Assembly (NCBI RefSeq): GCF_026571515.1
Contig: NW_026853995.1
Span: forward strand, 1 to 64,000
Length of the DNA stretch: 64,000 nt
Origin: Ruditapes philippinarum
Lineage: Eukaryota
Direction of reading: 5' to 3'
Position 1 is the first letter of the stretch; the number at the start of each line of letters is the position of its first letter. The translations under genes and the position numbers were made by a program. Positions 52,553-64,000 of the stretch are shown here, piece after piece. A model generated the notes under the pieces. It was not told the origin of the DNA. It searched no databases and saw only the letters and a program-made list of their open reading frames with translations.

Positions 52553-55500
52553 GCTGTAAACACGATTTTGATATCAAAAATATTTTATGCTCAAATTTGA
52601 TAGTTGAAAAAAGTTGAAGCAACAACAAAACGAAATAAATTCTGATAATTACCATACAATCTCTTTTGAAATGTGCAATAGACATATTGTGTATACATAC
52701 AGAAAGGAACTATGTTACCCCCTACAGGTAATCACAATATGATACCATACATGTCTGGTAGTTTTTATAAGAATTGATCAAATAAATTTGACAAGAAATA
52801 CGGCATGCAGCTTCTCAAAAATAGTTCATACCTTCCTATATCCAAATAACATAGGATGAATAACGATATTTCAATAAATATATGCCTTGTCTTGCTTTGC
52901 TAAAATATAGTATACAAATAGTAGACATAAGGGAAACCCTGTACGTTTAAAGTAAACGTTACATGAAGTCAGGAAAGGACTTGAAATGGATTGCTTTACT
53001 TTAGGAATGCTCCGAGAGAAGTTAAACAAAAACATTATCTAGACTTCAGTGTTTCCGTTTAATCAAAATGTCTTGCCATAAATAATCATTCTTATACACT
53101 GCAATTCCCTGTCAGTCGTAAAAGAATTTACATCTGCCACAGAAAAGTTGTATAAACCTTTGAACTATTTCTTTTAAAGGAACTTCTTTCAGTACTATGG
53201 ACAGCAGTTTTACTAATCCAGGATATATAACTCCATAATTATAGCTCTTTCTTCATCTAAAGCATTTTGATTATTCGTCTAGTTTATAAACTTTACAAAA
53301 TCGGGTGATTCTGTGTCAAGATGTTGTGCAATTAAGGAAAATTTCGACATTGCAAGCAATGTACTGTTTCAGCAATTCAACCATTTTCATGAAATTAATT
53401 TCATTTACAGAAAAAAGAAACTACGTTTTAATCAGAAGTATTAAATTCAAAAAAGATGTCAATTAATAAAATTTGATAATAAATAATTAAAGATACTATA
53501 CTGAAAATTATAGAAGTACAATTAATTGAAGGAATTTAATTTTCTTCTTGTGACCTTGTTACATTAGGTTAAATACGGAGAAATCAAACATATCAAAATC
53601 CGAAAAATCTGTTCCAGAATATGTCATACGTGATAATAACCAAAAAAGAATCTACTCTTGTCTTGCCGCTTGTCCTTTTTTTTTCAAATAAAGTTAACTA
53701 TTGATTTGGTACACGTTTTAGGGCTCCATTTGTTTCAAGTTAATCAAGGCCACAATCGCATGGGAATGCTAAATGCTATAATATGTTTACAAGAACGAGA
53801 CTGAGACGGAATAAACAAATGGATCCCCTGAGGCCTTACACTAATGTTTGATTAGGTCTATTGAAATAGTTCATTCCGCAGACGTATGTGTAAACTTTGA
53901 TAGCGATTTTTGGTATATGTGATCAATAAAAGTATGTGCACAAGAGAGTTATATGACAGAAAACATTTTATCCGACTATGTATGCGCTTAGCTCAAATGG
54001 AAGTAGTAGTGTCTGTACCTCTTTTATTGAATTGAAAAGTTTTTAAGAAATGAAACTATGCAAAGCTCATAATATAAATGAACGATCACGTAACATTTAT
54101 TCTTATACATACTCTTCACATTTATAACACATGCACATTCAATTTGGTACTTATGTTATAAAAAGAAAATAATATTTACAGGTCCGTAAATATTACCATG
54201 TAAGGTAGTCGATTATACATTTCCGGCCACCTAGCTCAATCCGGAAAGAAGCGGATTCAAAATCTAGAGATCACTGGTTCGGTCATAGAGCGAGTGAAAT
54301 TTTCTACGAAGCAACGAAGTGTAAGTTTTTTTTTATCTCGGAAACCTGATTAAAAAGCACGTGAAATAAGTAACAAGCGGATAAATTATAGTAATTACCG
54401 ACGAGTTGTCACAGAGAGGAGGTTATGTAGGATGAAATTGGCGAACAATCTATTCAAATCAAAACATTTATAACCCTAAACTATATATTCCTATTTCATT
54501 TGCTATAACGTAAAAAAAACACTCTGCAAACAACTTTTGATCTCAAAGAAAAGATGATATGAACTCGCAGAACTCCTTAAATTCATGTTTATGTTTAAGC
54601 ATTTCACCTTTAACCAAGCAAATACTGTTTTAATCACATGCGAATATAAACGATATAGTCGCTGATAAATGTCGTCTCAAAAGAAAAGCAACCTAGTATT
54701 AAACATTAAGGTACCATTACCTACACATATAATTCTTAAAAACTGTTTTGTAACACCGTTTTTTCAACTCCCTAGATTCGTTGCCTCCTGTTATCTCTCC
54801 AATCTCTATTATTTCCCCCAAATAAAATTTATTCGTAGTAATCCTGTTTTCTACTCCACTAAGTACGACACCTAATTATCTTGAATTCTCCGAAGAACAA
54901 AGTATTACTTTATCAATCTTCAATTTTCTAAAAGAGAATATCGGGTCTTCTTCATTATTCGGAAAATGATATTTACAAGATCTATGATTGTTATTGTATA
55001 TTCAAAAATGACAGATGATTTACATGTACATCGATTTTTTCAATTTATAACAACTTGCTAATAATGTTGTGGTTGTTCATTTTTGTATTTTCTCTTAAAC
55101 GATTTTTTTTCTATTTAATAGACCTTTGGAAACTATTTGCAAGAAATTTAAAGCCATTGAAATTAAGATGTATAATCTTATTTCTGACTGAAACGAAATT
55201 TATAAAAATGTTAATTTAGTCAAAACGGCACATGTTTCCTCCCACAAACCTTTACTGCTTGTTGATTTCGTATGTGAAAATATAAATCTATAATTGTAAT
55301 TGTTTTGCACGAAAAGGAACGTATTGTTCCTATGTGATTGTTAAAATTTGTAAGATGGTGTTAGAAAAACATGAGGGAAAAGGCTTGTCAAAAGGCAAAA
55401 GACAAAACTGTTTCTCTATGTGTAATAACATCAATTCTATCACAACACGTGATTTTGTCACTATAGACAAAGAAGGAAAAAAACCGGTTTTAAACTGCCA

Positions 55501-56033
55501 ATAAACAGTGGTTAGGGACTACTTGTATATGCGGCTTTTTATGTTTTCGCCCTCGATTATATAGTTTACAAAGCCTTTTAAAGCAACAATAAAAATCATT
55601 TGTATTTATATTTTCAGTTCTTATAATGTTTTCTTTTCATACAATACCGAAATAATATTTCACATACACTAACATTACATATTTGATCCATATCAGTTAA
55701 TATTTTGACAAAACGTCGCCAATCCGTTAGCAGCGTAATGACGTCATCGTAAGTAAACAACTCATACATAAACAAGCTAACGTTATTTAATACATACAAA
55801 AATAATAAATGGGGCACTGATGTATACACAATACGATGTAAGTTTTGATTGTTGAAAACTTGATAAAATAACGTTTTTTCTTTAATTATTTTTTTTTTTG
55901 TTTAATATTTTCTATATCTTTGCAACAGTAGGGTGCAAAAATCGAACAGCGTAATATGAAAATCGGCACCGGAAGTTATTTCCGCTTGAAAAAATAACAT
56001 TAGTGATCTTCCTTATTTCATCGTGAAAGAATC

Positions 56034-56192
56034 GAAATGACATCGGCCTGAGAGGTGTATATCGGCTATTTGTCAATTTGATGCGAAATTATTAACCACT
56101 CAGGCCTACGGCCTCTTGGTCAATTCCTACGCATCAAAACTCCAAACCAGTGGTAAATAGCCGATAAACACCTGTCAGGCCGATGTTATTTC
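56034..56192. repeat. Long imperfect palindrome (end of a hairpin-type element)
   Basis: gaaatgacatcggcctgagaggtgtatatcggctattt / aaatagccgataaacacctgtcaggccgatgttatttc around aggcctacggcct. Confidence 0.8.
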
Positions 56193-56847
56193 TTAAATAT
56201 ATTCCATGTCTTGCAAAAGTAAAGTAATATGAAATTGCTTTTCAAAATAGATATGTCATGTGCAACTTAAAGTTTGCAAGTTATTATAAAATATTAGCTA
56301 GTATATACTTTTACACAGAGAAATTGAAATAATGGTACGATCTAACAAAACGTAAACAACTAAAAGATGGCCTTATCTCTTGTTCTATCTCAAACCATGT
56401 AATGATATTAGCCTTATCATCATTGATATTTTGAACAAGATTTATTTTGTCTTATATTTACAACAGCCATCTCATATTTCACGTAAACTCCTGTCTGCAA
56501 CAAAATTAACATATTTGAACCTATTTTTTTTTTTTATGTTTAAGTACATTTCCTTGTACGTATTCATTACTTTCAAAATAAAACTAACATTCTAGAATAA
56601 CATATCTCGTTGACAGCAGAAAATTGATTCTGAAACCTTATCTTATTTGTCAGAAGGGTCAGGTCATTTTTTAAACCATCGTCAGACAACAGTAATGAGC
56701 AATGTTTTGTGAATATATTATCATAAATAGTATGTTTTATTTTGTTTAAAGCAAATTGTACAGTTAGACTGATACCATTTTTACAGAAGCATCAAATGGA
56801 TGCACTGCTCATTAGCAGGTTAAAATATTGACATATTACCCCTCTTT

Positions 56848-56880
56848 TTGTTGTTGTTGTTGTTGTTGTTGTTGATGATG
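56848..56880. repeat. (GTT)n/(GAT)n microsatellite
   Basis: ttgttgttg...gatgatg; shorter paralog at ~46770. Confidence 0.85.
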
Positions 56881-58707
56881 CTTTTTGAACATTTTCACAA
56901 TATTGTAATAATTACAAGATTTGTATAAATAAAGTGCCTTTACTCACTAAAAAATTAAAGTTGCACTCGAAAATAAAAACTATAATTTCAGAATATTGAC
57001 GTATGAATATCAAATTTTACTTCACATTAAAGTTATCGGCTGAATTTTCATCATTTCTGAATTCTCGAGTTTTTTCACTTATAGTATTTGATCTTAACAA
57101 TAGCAAAGAGTTGTTTATTATGACAATAAAGTTAAAACATGCTATATCGCGTTCGTAGATAAAGGGTTAATGTCGCTGTCTTCAAACCTTTCTAAGACTT
57201 CTTTCACAGGAGGAGGCTAATTTGCATATCATTTGTCTTTCCTTTGTATATAACAACAAATTTCAATACTGCATCGTTTCCATGTTGATCAGTCGCCATG
57301 ACTTGTATGTGAACATCAATTTGTCACTTTAATCTAAAATGTAAGGACGTCGGTAAACGTATTTGTATTTAAAACAGTTTCATTTTAGGCTTTGGCATTG
57401 CTTGCCAGCTACAGATGAGTGGCCAGTAGAAATTCAGATTTGCAGATATGTTTTCCATCTTGCATTTTTTTTATTTGTAACAACACTGTTACTGTCACTC
57501 GTACAATCATACGAAGACTTTATTTGAGGAATACGTCAGCTGATCAACTTTCATTATTTATAACACGAGCGATAGATATGATAGAATACGTTAAACGTGT
57601 TATAGTTTTATTAGTGTTACATGTATTATTATATGAGTACACAAATGCATGTAAGAGTAATGACATGAAAATACGAAAGGGCGTTAAGCGTTTGCTTTAC
57701 TCCAGATGTGTTATGAGACAAGTCAAGGACAAAAATTACCTGGAATTTCAGTGTTTTTATATAATAAAAGGTTCAAGTCTAAAATATAAATATCTCGCTC
57801 AAAACAATATACTGTCTAACATAAAGTAATATTTAAAAAAAATGTTAATGTTAAAAAATCTTGTAAATGAGTTTCCTGAATGCACTTTCGTTTAGTAATG
57901 TGAAAATCATTTAATCAGTTTGTGAAGATCTAAATGATATTTAATGACATACATGTATTTAGCTTTTTCGTTTTAGCCTCTTTTGATTTTTGATAAATTT
58001 GTGTCTTTGTATTATAAAATGGAGCAAATTTGTACATTTCTGTCTCAGACTTATGTATAACGAGGAACAACTGTCGAAAAGTTGGAAACTTTAATGGTAA
58101 AACTTTGAGCAGAAAGGTAAAAATATGCACGTGTACCTCACTATTTTAACAAGCATATTTGATTATGTTAAATCTTGCTAAGCCTTGTTTAATTAAACAA
58201 AGATATAAATGTTGTATATAATTCCAAGAACGTGGCGAGGTCGTGATAAATATGCATCCCCTGGGGCAGAATGATAATGAATGATAATGTTTATTGATAT
58301 GGATTATCACCAGACGTTCAAAGGGATATGTGGTAATTAGGAAAAAACATTTGCACTTTTAACAGCAGACACTGTCTTTGTGTCAAAAGCCTTTTAAGTT
58401 GGTTTTCCCAAGTGCAACTTTATTTTATGAATAATATGATTACAAGGACTTTGCACTTTATTAATAACTTATAGACAACTATTCGACTTGGACTTATCAA
58501 AATGCTTTTAAGAGGACGAAATAAAAACATATTTATGGTTACGCAAATATGTCAACCACACACTTAGACTTGAATCTTGGCTTAGAACTATGTTCTTTAC
58601 TGGATCCTTATTTTACCTTATTCCTCGTTTTATTTATGATTTGCCTGTTTCGTTTTATTTATTCAAACTAATCTTGGAAATAGAAATGATTATCATTTTA
58701 TTCTAAT

Positions 58708-58935
58708 TCAGCCGAGTGGTTATGGACGTTGACTTCAAACCACTTGCCCCTCACCGCTGTTGGTTCGAATCCCGAAAGGGACTTTAGATTATTCATATTT
58801 GGATTCTATCCAGCTACCGTACGAACGTCGGTGGTTCTACTCAGGTCCCCGTTCGTGCCTGAAATAATGCACTGAAGGACACCTGAGGTGTTCCTTCACC
58901 AGTGAAGCTGAAACCTCGCCAAATGACCTATTGTA
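58708..58935 (+). mobile_element. MetaSINE-type tRNA SINE (bivalve), near full length
   Basis: A box (a)GCCGAGTGG, B box GGTTCGAATCC, core tatccagcta..cgtcggtggttctactcagg..cgttcgtgcctgaaataatgcac..acctgagg..tcgcc.aatgaccta, recognised from memory as the Meta domain; absent in the paralogous 48.1-kb region. Confidence 0.8.
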
Positions 58936-61900
58936 CCTTTAAAAGTATAGTCAATCAAAGACAATTAATGTCTCTTAGATCATAGTATAAGTCAATAACA
59001 CCATTAATACCACCAACACCTGTTTGATTGCTTACAAAAACAATTGTTTTAAAAACACACGTATCTAACCGTATAGTGGCTAATAAATATCCTGTCAGAA
59101 ACAGACAATGTTGCAAATCTACCATTGAAAATGCACTTACTATTGCCTTCAAACCTCATTGCCTACTACAATCATTCCAATTGAATCTTTGCTTTGTTAC
59201 ACCGTAATTGACAAGTCCCCTAGATTTTTTACCTCTTGTTGTCACTTTAATTTCTGAGTCTTCTCCAAATTGAATTTATTCGCGGTAATCAGATTGCCCC
59301 CTCTACTTGCTGTGACACTTGATTATATTAGATCTGTGAAAGCAAAGCATCGCGTATTTGTTTCTCATAGAAACAATCAGTTTGTGATTTTACCAGATTT
59401 CAATAAAAACATACAATAAATTACTTATGTTGCAATGTTCATGCAAATTGCACAAATCGTTGAATGATGACAAATCTAGAAATATGTATTTTACAAATTA
59501 TATGAAGGAAAACAATCTTTTTTCCCCACACAGACATCCGTTCCCTTCTCATTCCCGTTTACTCAGACATTTTATAAAACCTTCTCAGATAGTTTATAAA
59601 ATCAAGAAAAAAAAACATCTCATTTTGGCAAAATGATGTAATATAATCTTTACAATGTCATATATTTCATAGGATATATAAAGTTAACAAATATTCATGG
59701 AGCATCTAATCGATATTGCGTAAAAAACAAATATCCATGAAATAATCTGATTAATTTTGCGTAAAAACCAAAATTGTTTGATTGCAATCTATCAAATATT
59801 TTTCAATGGACTTGAAACAATTCAAGTTTATGTTTTAATACGATTGAAATTATCATATGATCGTGAAAGTGGTAAGAGACCCATTTTGGGAAAAGTTCTT
59901 ACACCATTAATGTCGTAGTGTGATTCATCTGTAACGGTATTGAACTAGCTGTCATAAGTGTAGCTGTATAAACAACATTCCGTGTCAATAGACCATCTTA
60001 TGTATTAGTTTTCTTTAATCTTATCAAAACCTTTTAATGGTTTGATGACAAGTTGTCAGGATTGTTTAAGATACATTATTGCACCTGATAATCTTTTAGT
60101 AATGTGGGTTATAATTATGATATGAAAAACAAACGTAAAACGGATAGATTATAATTTTAGCACATATTTTGATACAAAAACACTGACTTCCTTTTCTTAA
60201 AAAAGAAGGTTCGTCGAAATATTTCTTACATTATATGCAACATTTCTTAACTTACATATAGATATATATTTTGCTAGACATGCACATTTTTAATGCTTAC
60301 CCTAGTGCTTAAGCACACCTAATGATGCGAAGGATCAGAGAAGTTATTTATATTAAGAAAATGAAAGCATTTGAAACACAAAATATTCACGTTGCTTGGC
60401 AGTTAATTTTATTGATTAAAAAATTTCTGTTAAGATTAAACATTGATTTCTTAATAATACACTTTTTTCTGATGATCTGCCATGTGTATAAGTAAACTAA
60501 TAACTAGACAATCAATAAAGACTTGAAGCTAATTTCAATATCAATTGTAATTTTCCGACATGATACCTGTTTCCGTAACAATTTAAAACAAGAAAACACT
60601 TTTTTAAGTTCCTTGTTTAAATTACTGATAAGATAAAACACGTCCTATAATATCACTCCGACGAAGGAAAAATAAATAGGAGAGCATTAAATTATTTGTA
60701 TAATATATTAGTCACGCTACCACTCAATTTTGAAGCGTGCTATTGCTGTTTTAAGGAGGGTTTAAACCTGTTTAACAATGGTTTCTAGCATGCGTCATTC
60801 GCTTTAAAGCCAATAAAGTAACACATTTCTTTTATATAGTAATTCAAAACAATACGTGTTGCAGCAAATATACAATTTAAAAACTTTAACTTCACATTTC
60901 ACTTTATTCTAACAGTAAGTTATAGAAATAACCAGTTTGTTTTCTGCTTTAATTACTACTTTTAATGAATATTATTTTTGTCGTCATGTCACATTGAGGT
61001 TTAAGTAAAAGTAATAGGTAACATTGGAATAAATCTGAGGTACATATACTGTTCTGATTACACAATGATGTGATTAATGATACTTGACACATACGAAACA
61101 GCATACAAGCAAACTTTAATAATGTATGGTTTTAATTGATGCATGCTTTATATGATTACTCGCATATAATTATTTCTTTCAACCCGGTAAAGAAGTGATC
61201 AATATGTATCCCCTGAGACAGAATTATAATACTTGATTAAGCCTACCACCAGACATTCATGTAAATATTCACATAATTATATATTCAATAGGATGTTTAA
61301 CTTTGTGAATGCATAATTATCCATAAGAAGGAAAGACATTCGGATTTTGTAATGTGATAACGAATTTGCACCTTATTGATAACTGAATCGTCATTTGACC
61401 TATACTGCACATAAATTAAATATGGAAGTCACTAAGATTGCCCATTTTGACTCATTAGCTCTTAATGAACAAAATGAACTAATTAACAAATACAAAACTC
61501 ATAACGCATGTATTATGAACTTTATGTATGTTTTTATATTTAGATTCATTCTTAAAAAACAGTTATTAAAAACTAAAACATGCTTTTATTAGCTGTATGT
61601 TTCGAGAATATAAAATGTCCAAATATTATGCATATCGTTTCTGAACATGACTGTGGATCACAATGCTACATGTATTGATATCAATGGTTTATAATATATA
61701 AACACTGTATGGTTGTAGGACAGCGTTGTTTAATGATACCGTAATTGACGACCCCCTGGATGTTTTACCCCCTGTTGTCACTTAAATCTTATATTTCTCC
61801 CGAACTTAAATTTATTCGCTGTAATCCAATTTTCTACTTCACTCTCCCTGACGCTTAATAATTTTATCATCTAAAATCTCAGAGAACGACTAGACTTCCA

Positions 61901-62959
61901 TTTTCAAAAGACGAATTCAGCTTGTCAGTAATCATTTAAAGACATTAAAAAGACATACGTATTTATTTTTTAAAAGGTTTATGCAAAAAAAAAACTTATA
62001 AATATTTTAACAATGGTTAAACTTATAAAATTATGTATCTAATACAAAACGGTGTATTTAATTAACAAGGAAAAAATAGCTTTCGTGCATTTACCATCGT
62101 TTAATTTCTCTTAAAATAGTATTCATTGCTGAGAGTTGACATTTTTTGACATTTGTTAATCACTGCAGCTAATTTAAGTTATTTTTCTGACCATAAGTAT
62201 ACGAAAGATAAATAATTTTTACTTCTTATTTGTCATTGTAAATGATATTTATAGAGGACGATAAATAGGCGTGGTATCTGTTTTGAAAATACCAAATCAG
62301 TTAAAAAAACGGTATAAACCAAGTCTCGATTACAACGGTTTCATTCAACGAGTTCATAAGAAAATTAAAAAAGAATCTGCACTAATTAAAATTCTTTTTA
62401 TCATCACACAAAATACTTACACTGCAATCATAACGGTTTTACAACGCTCTTAGTAACAAAAACGCCATATACATAAGTAGGTGCACATAAATTACATGTG
62501 TACTGTTTTTACAGAATGATACTTTTTTATTACTCAATTATTGAAGAGCTTAACATATTTACAAACTAAACATACACAAAACATGAAATCTGCATGAATA
62601 TTAACACAGCAATTTCAAATCATATATCATCTGTTACACACTTCATCCAATTCAGGCAAATATCATATGGCAATATATGCTGATATCTACATCTATCTCA
62701 TATAGTGTACTATCAAGCGAATAGGCATTATTTAGAAATAAAGATGAGTTAAAATGACATTGATTTTAAATAACAGGCTGCATATATAAAACCATCATAA
62801 TTACTGTAGAAATATTGAAAGTTTGTTACAAAATTATAAAGTATTCAAAATTCATAACGATAAATTCAGAATGCCCCCTTAAGTTTGAGAATAAAATTGA
62901 CGTCTGTCATCGTTTACTTTTTACCGTGATTTGTTATGCTTTATACCTCCTTTACACTT

Positions 62960-63092
62960 GTCGATGGTTCTACTCAGATGTCCATTCATGCTTGAAAAAA
63001 TGCACGGAAAGGCACATGAGGTCTTCCTTAACCAAGCTGGATCGTCGCCACATGACCTTTACTGTTTTGATGTAACAAACCAATCAAACAGA
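62960..63092 (+). mobile_element. 5'-truncated MetaSINE
   Basis: gtcgatggttctactcag..tgcacggaaaggcacatgaggtcttcct..aagctgg..gtcgccacatgacct, then an aaac-like tail; homologous to 58830-58930. Confidence 0.75.
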
Positions 63093-63620
63093 CTGTCTAG
63101 CAAAATACACTAGTCGACCTTTCTAATATCACTTTATCAATATATTTGCAGAAACAAAAAAGTGTTTTTAACAAAGCGTTTAAATAGATAGACCGAGATA
63201 GCCGTATTCCCGTCGGCCAATCTGATTTCCTGGAAAATACTGAATAGGAACTACATTAAAATAATGATGTTTGTTGGCTTGAAATTATAACAATCTGAAA
63301 AAATCGCTCATCATATTAAAAGCATTTAAAAGATAAAAACATTAGAGTAGTAAAATCGTTTATTTTCCATTTACGAAATTAGAAGTACAAAATGCGATTT
63401 ACTTCCTTTAGATATGTTTTGTGTGGAATGATTTTGTTGATTTAGATCGAAATATATTTCTGTATGCAAAAACAATACAACAAAAAGTAAATAAAAAAAC
63501 AATTATCCAAACAAATATTAAAAGGTATTTACTTTGCATTTTAATTTTCTGTAATAAATTTGATAATAAATACATTTCAAATATCAGTTTGAATTGTACA
63601 TAAAGTAGAGTAATTAACGT

Positions 63621-63739
63621 ACCTTTTTGTGCATTAGAATCTACAGAAGCATGAGGGTGTATTAAAAGCTCGAGTCCGTAGGGCGAAGGGGTTAACAAGT
63701 CGAAAGGCTTCTGCAGATGTTAATGTACGAATAAAAGGT
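63621..63739. repeat. Long imperfect palindrome (end of a hairpin-type element)
   Basis: accttttt.gtgcattagaatctacagaagc / gcttctgcagatgttaatgtacgaataaaaggt around cgagtccgtagggcga. Confidence 0.72.
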
Positions 63740-64000
63740 CACATTTACCTTAACTAGAGAATGCAACCTTTAAATTACAGTTAATGCATTCAGTTATTCA
63801 AATTATTAAGTAAGAGTTTCAAACAAATCAATATATGTCTGCAGTAAAAATCTTTTACCCAAAGATTAGCATAGAATATCTTTAAATATGCAAAATGGTT
63901 TGACTTAAAAGACCGCACAATATCGTTCAATTTATGCTAAAGAGTTTAGTCTACATGTTTTGACTGGGATATAAAACTTAAAATTGTACAAACATAAGGC

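Larger units (their letters stand above)
42956..61239. promoter_or_regulatory. Array of composite motifs CCCCTGAGGC-N7-TAAT-N5-ATTA (putative AP-2-like plus homeodomain-dimer element) at 42956, 44249, 47588, 50920, 53825, 58258, 61210 (and 15080)
   Basis: Eight occurrences with an invariant 7-nt spacer; regulatory function is inferred only. Confidence 0.4.
43690..61700 (+). repeat. Older diverged tandem duplication: ~43690-51500 versus ~53000-61700
   Basis: Colinear anchors 43690~53010, 44245~53820, 45390~54755, 46500~56590, 47580~58250, 48480~59200, 49130~59945, 50900~61185, 51430~61655. Confidence 0.88.

Noticed and set aside
54224-54290. tRNA-like sequence (tagctcaatccgg...ggttcg)
   Set aside because: No complete cloverleaf or acceptor stem; at most a decayed SINE head.
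57419-57829. 136-aa ORF, the longest intergenic one
   Set aside because: Starts at GTG, has AT-driven composition, no recognisable domain and no counterpart in the paralogous unit.

Overview
AT-rich eukaryotic genomic DNA, most likely from a bivalve mollusc (inferred from recognisable Meta-domain SINEs and a bivalve-type mariner relic). The only host gene is a + strand single-pass receptor guanylyl cyclase (retinal GC/GUCY2-like). I reconstructed 17 clean GT-AG exons from 17838 to 31170 (2769 nt, 922 aa plus stop): end of ectodomain, TM helix, kinase-homology domain, coiled coil, cyclase domain, a 15-nt micro-exon and a long disordered tail ending ESLV. A damaged ectodomain exon lies at 17051-17224, and the 5' part of the gene is missing from the window. 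Bases 1-~17030 are a second copy of ~22544-46140. Parts of it look like unpolished long-read sequence and parts are a genuinely divergent haplotype or paralog; comparing the two copies exposes filled and empty TE sites. Downstream (~42.9-62 kb) the non-coding DNA is a nested, decayed tandem array in which a composite motif, CCCCTGAGGC-N7-TAAT-N5-ATTA, keeps exact spacing (7 copies, plus one at 15.1 kb). Most interesting signals: that motif array; a 21-bp minisatellite grown out of a splice donor that offers in-frame alternative donors; the micro-exon/TAG/in-frame ORF arrangement; and a family of cruciform-ended elements. All coordinates and alignments were read by eye, and identities are rough estimates.
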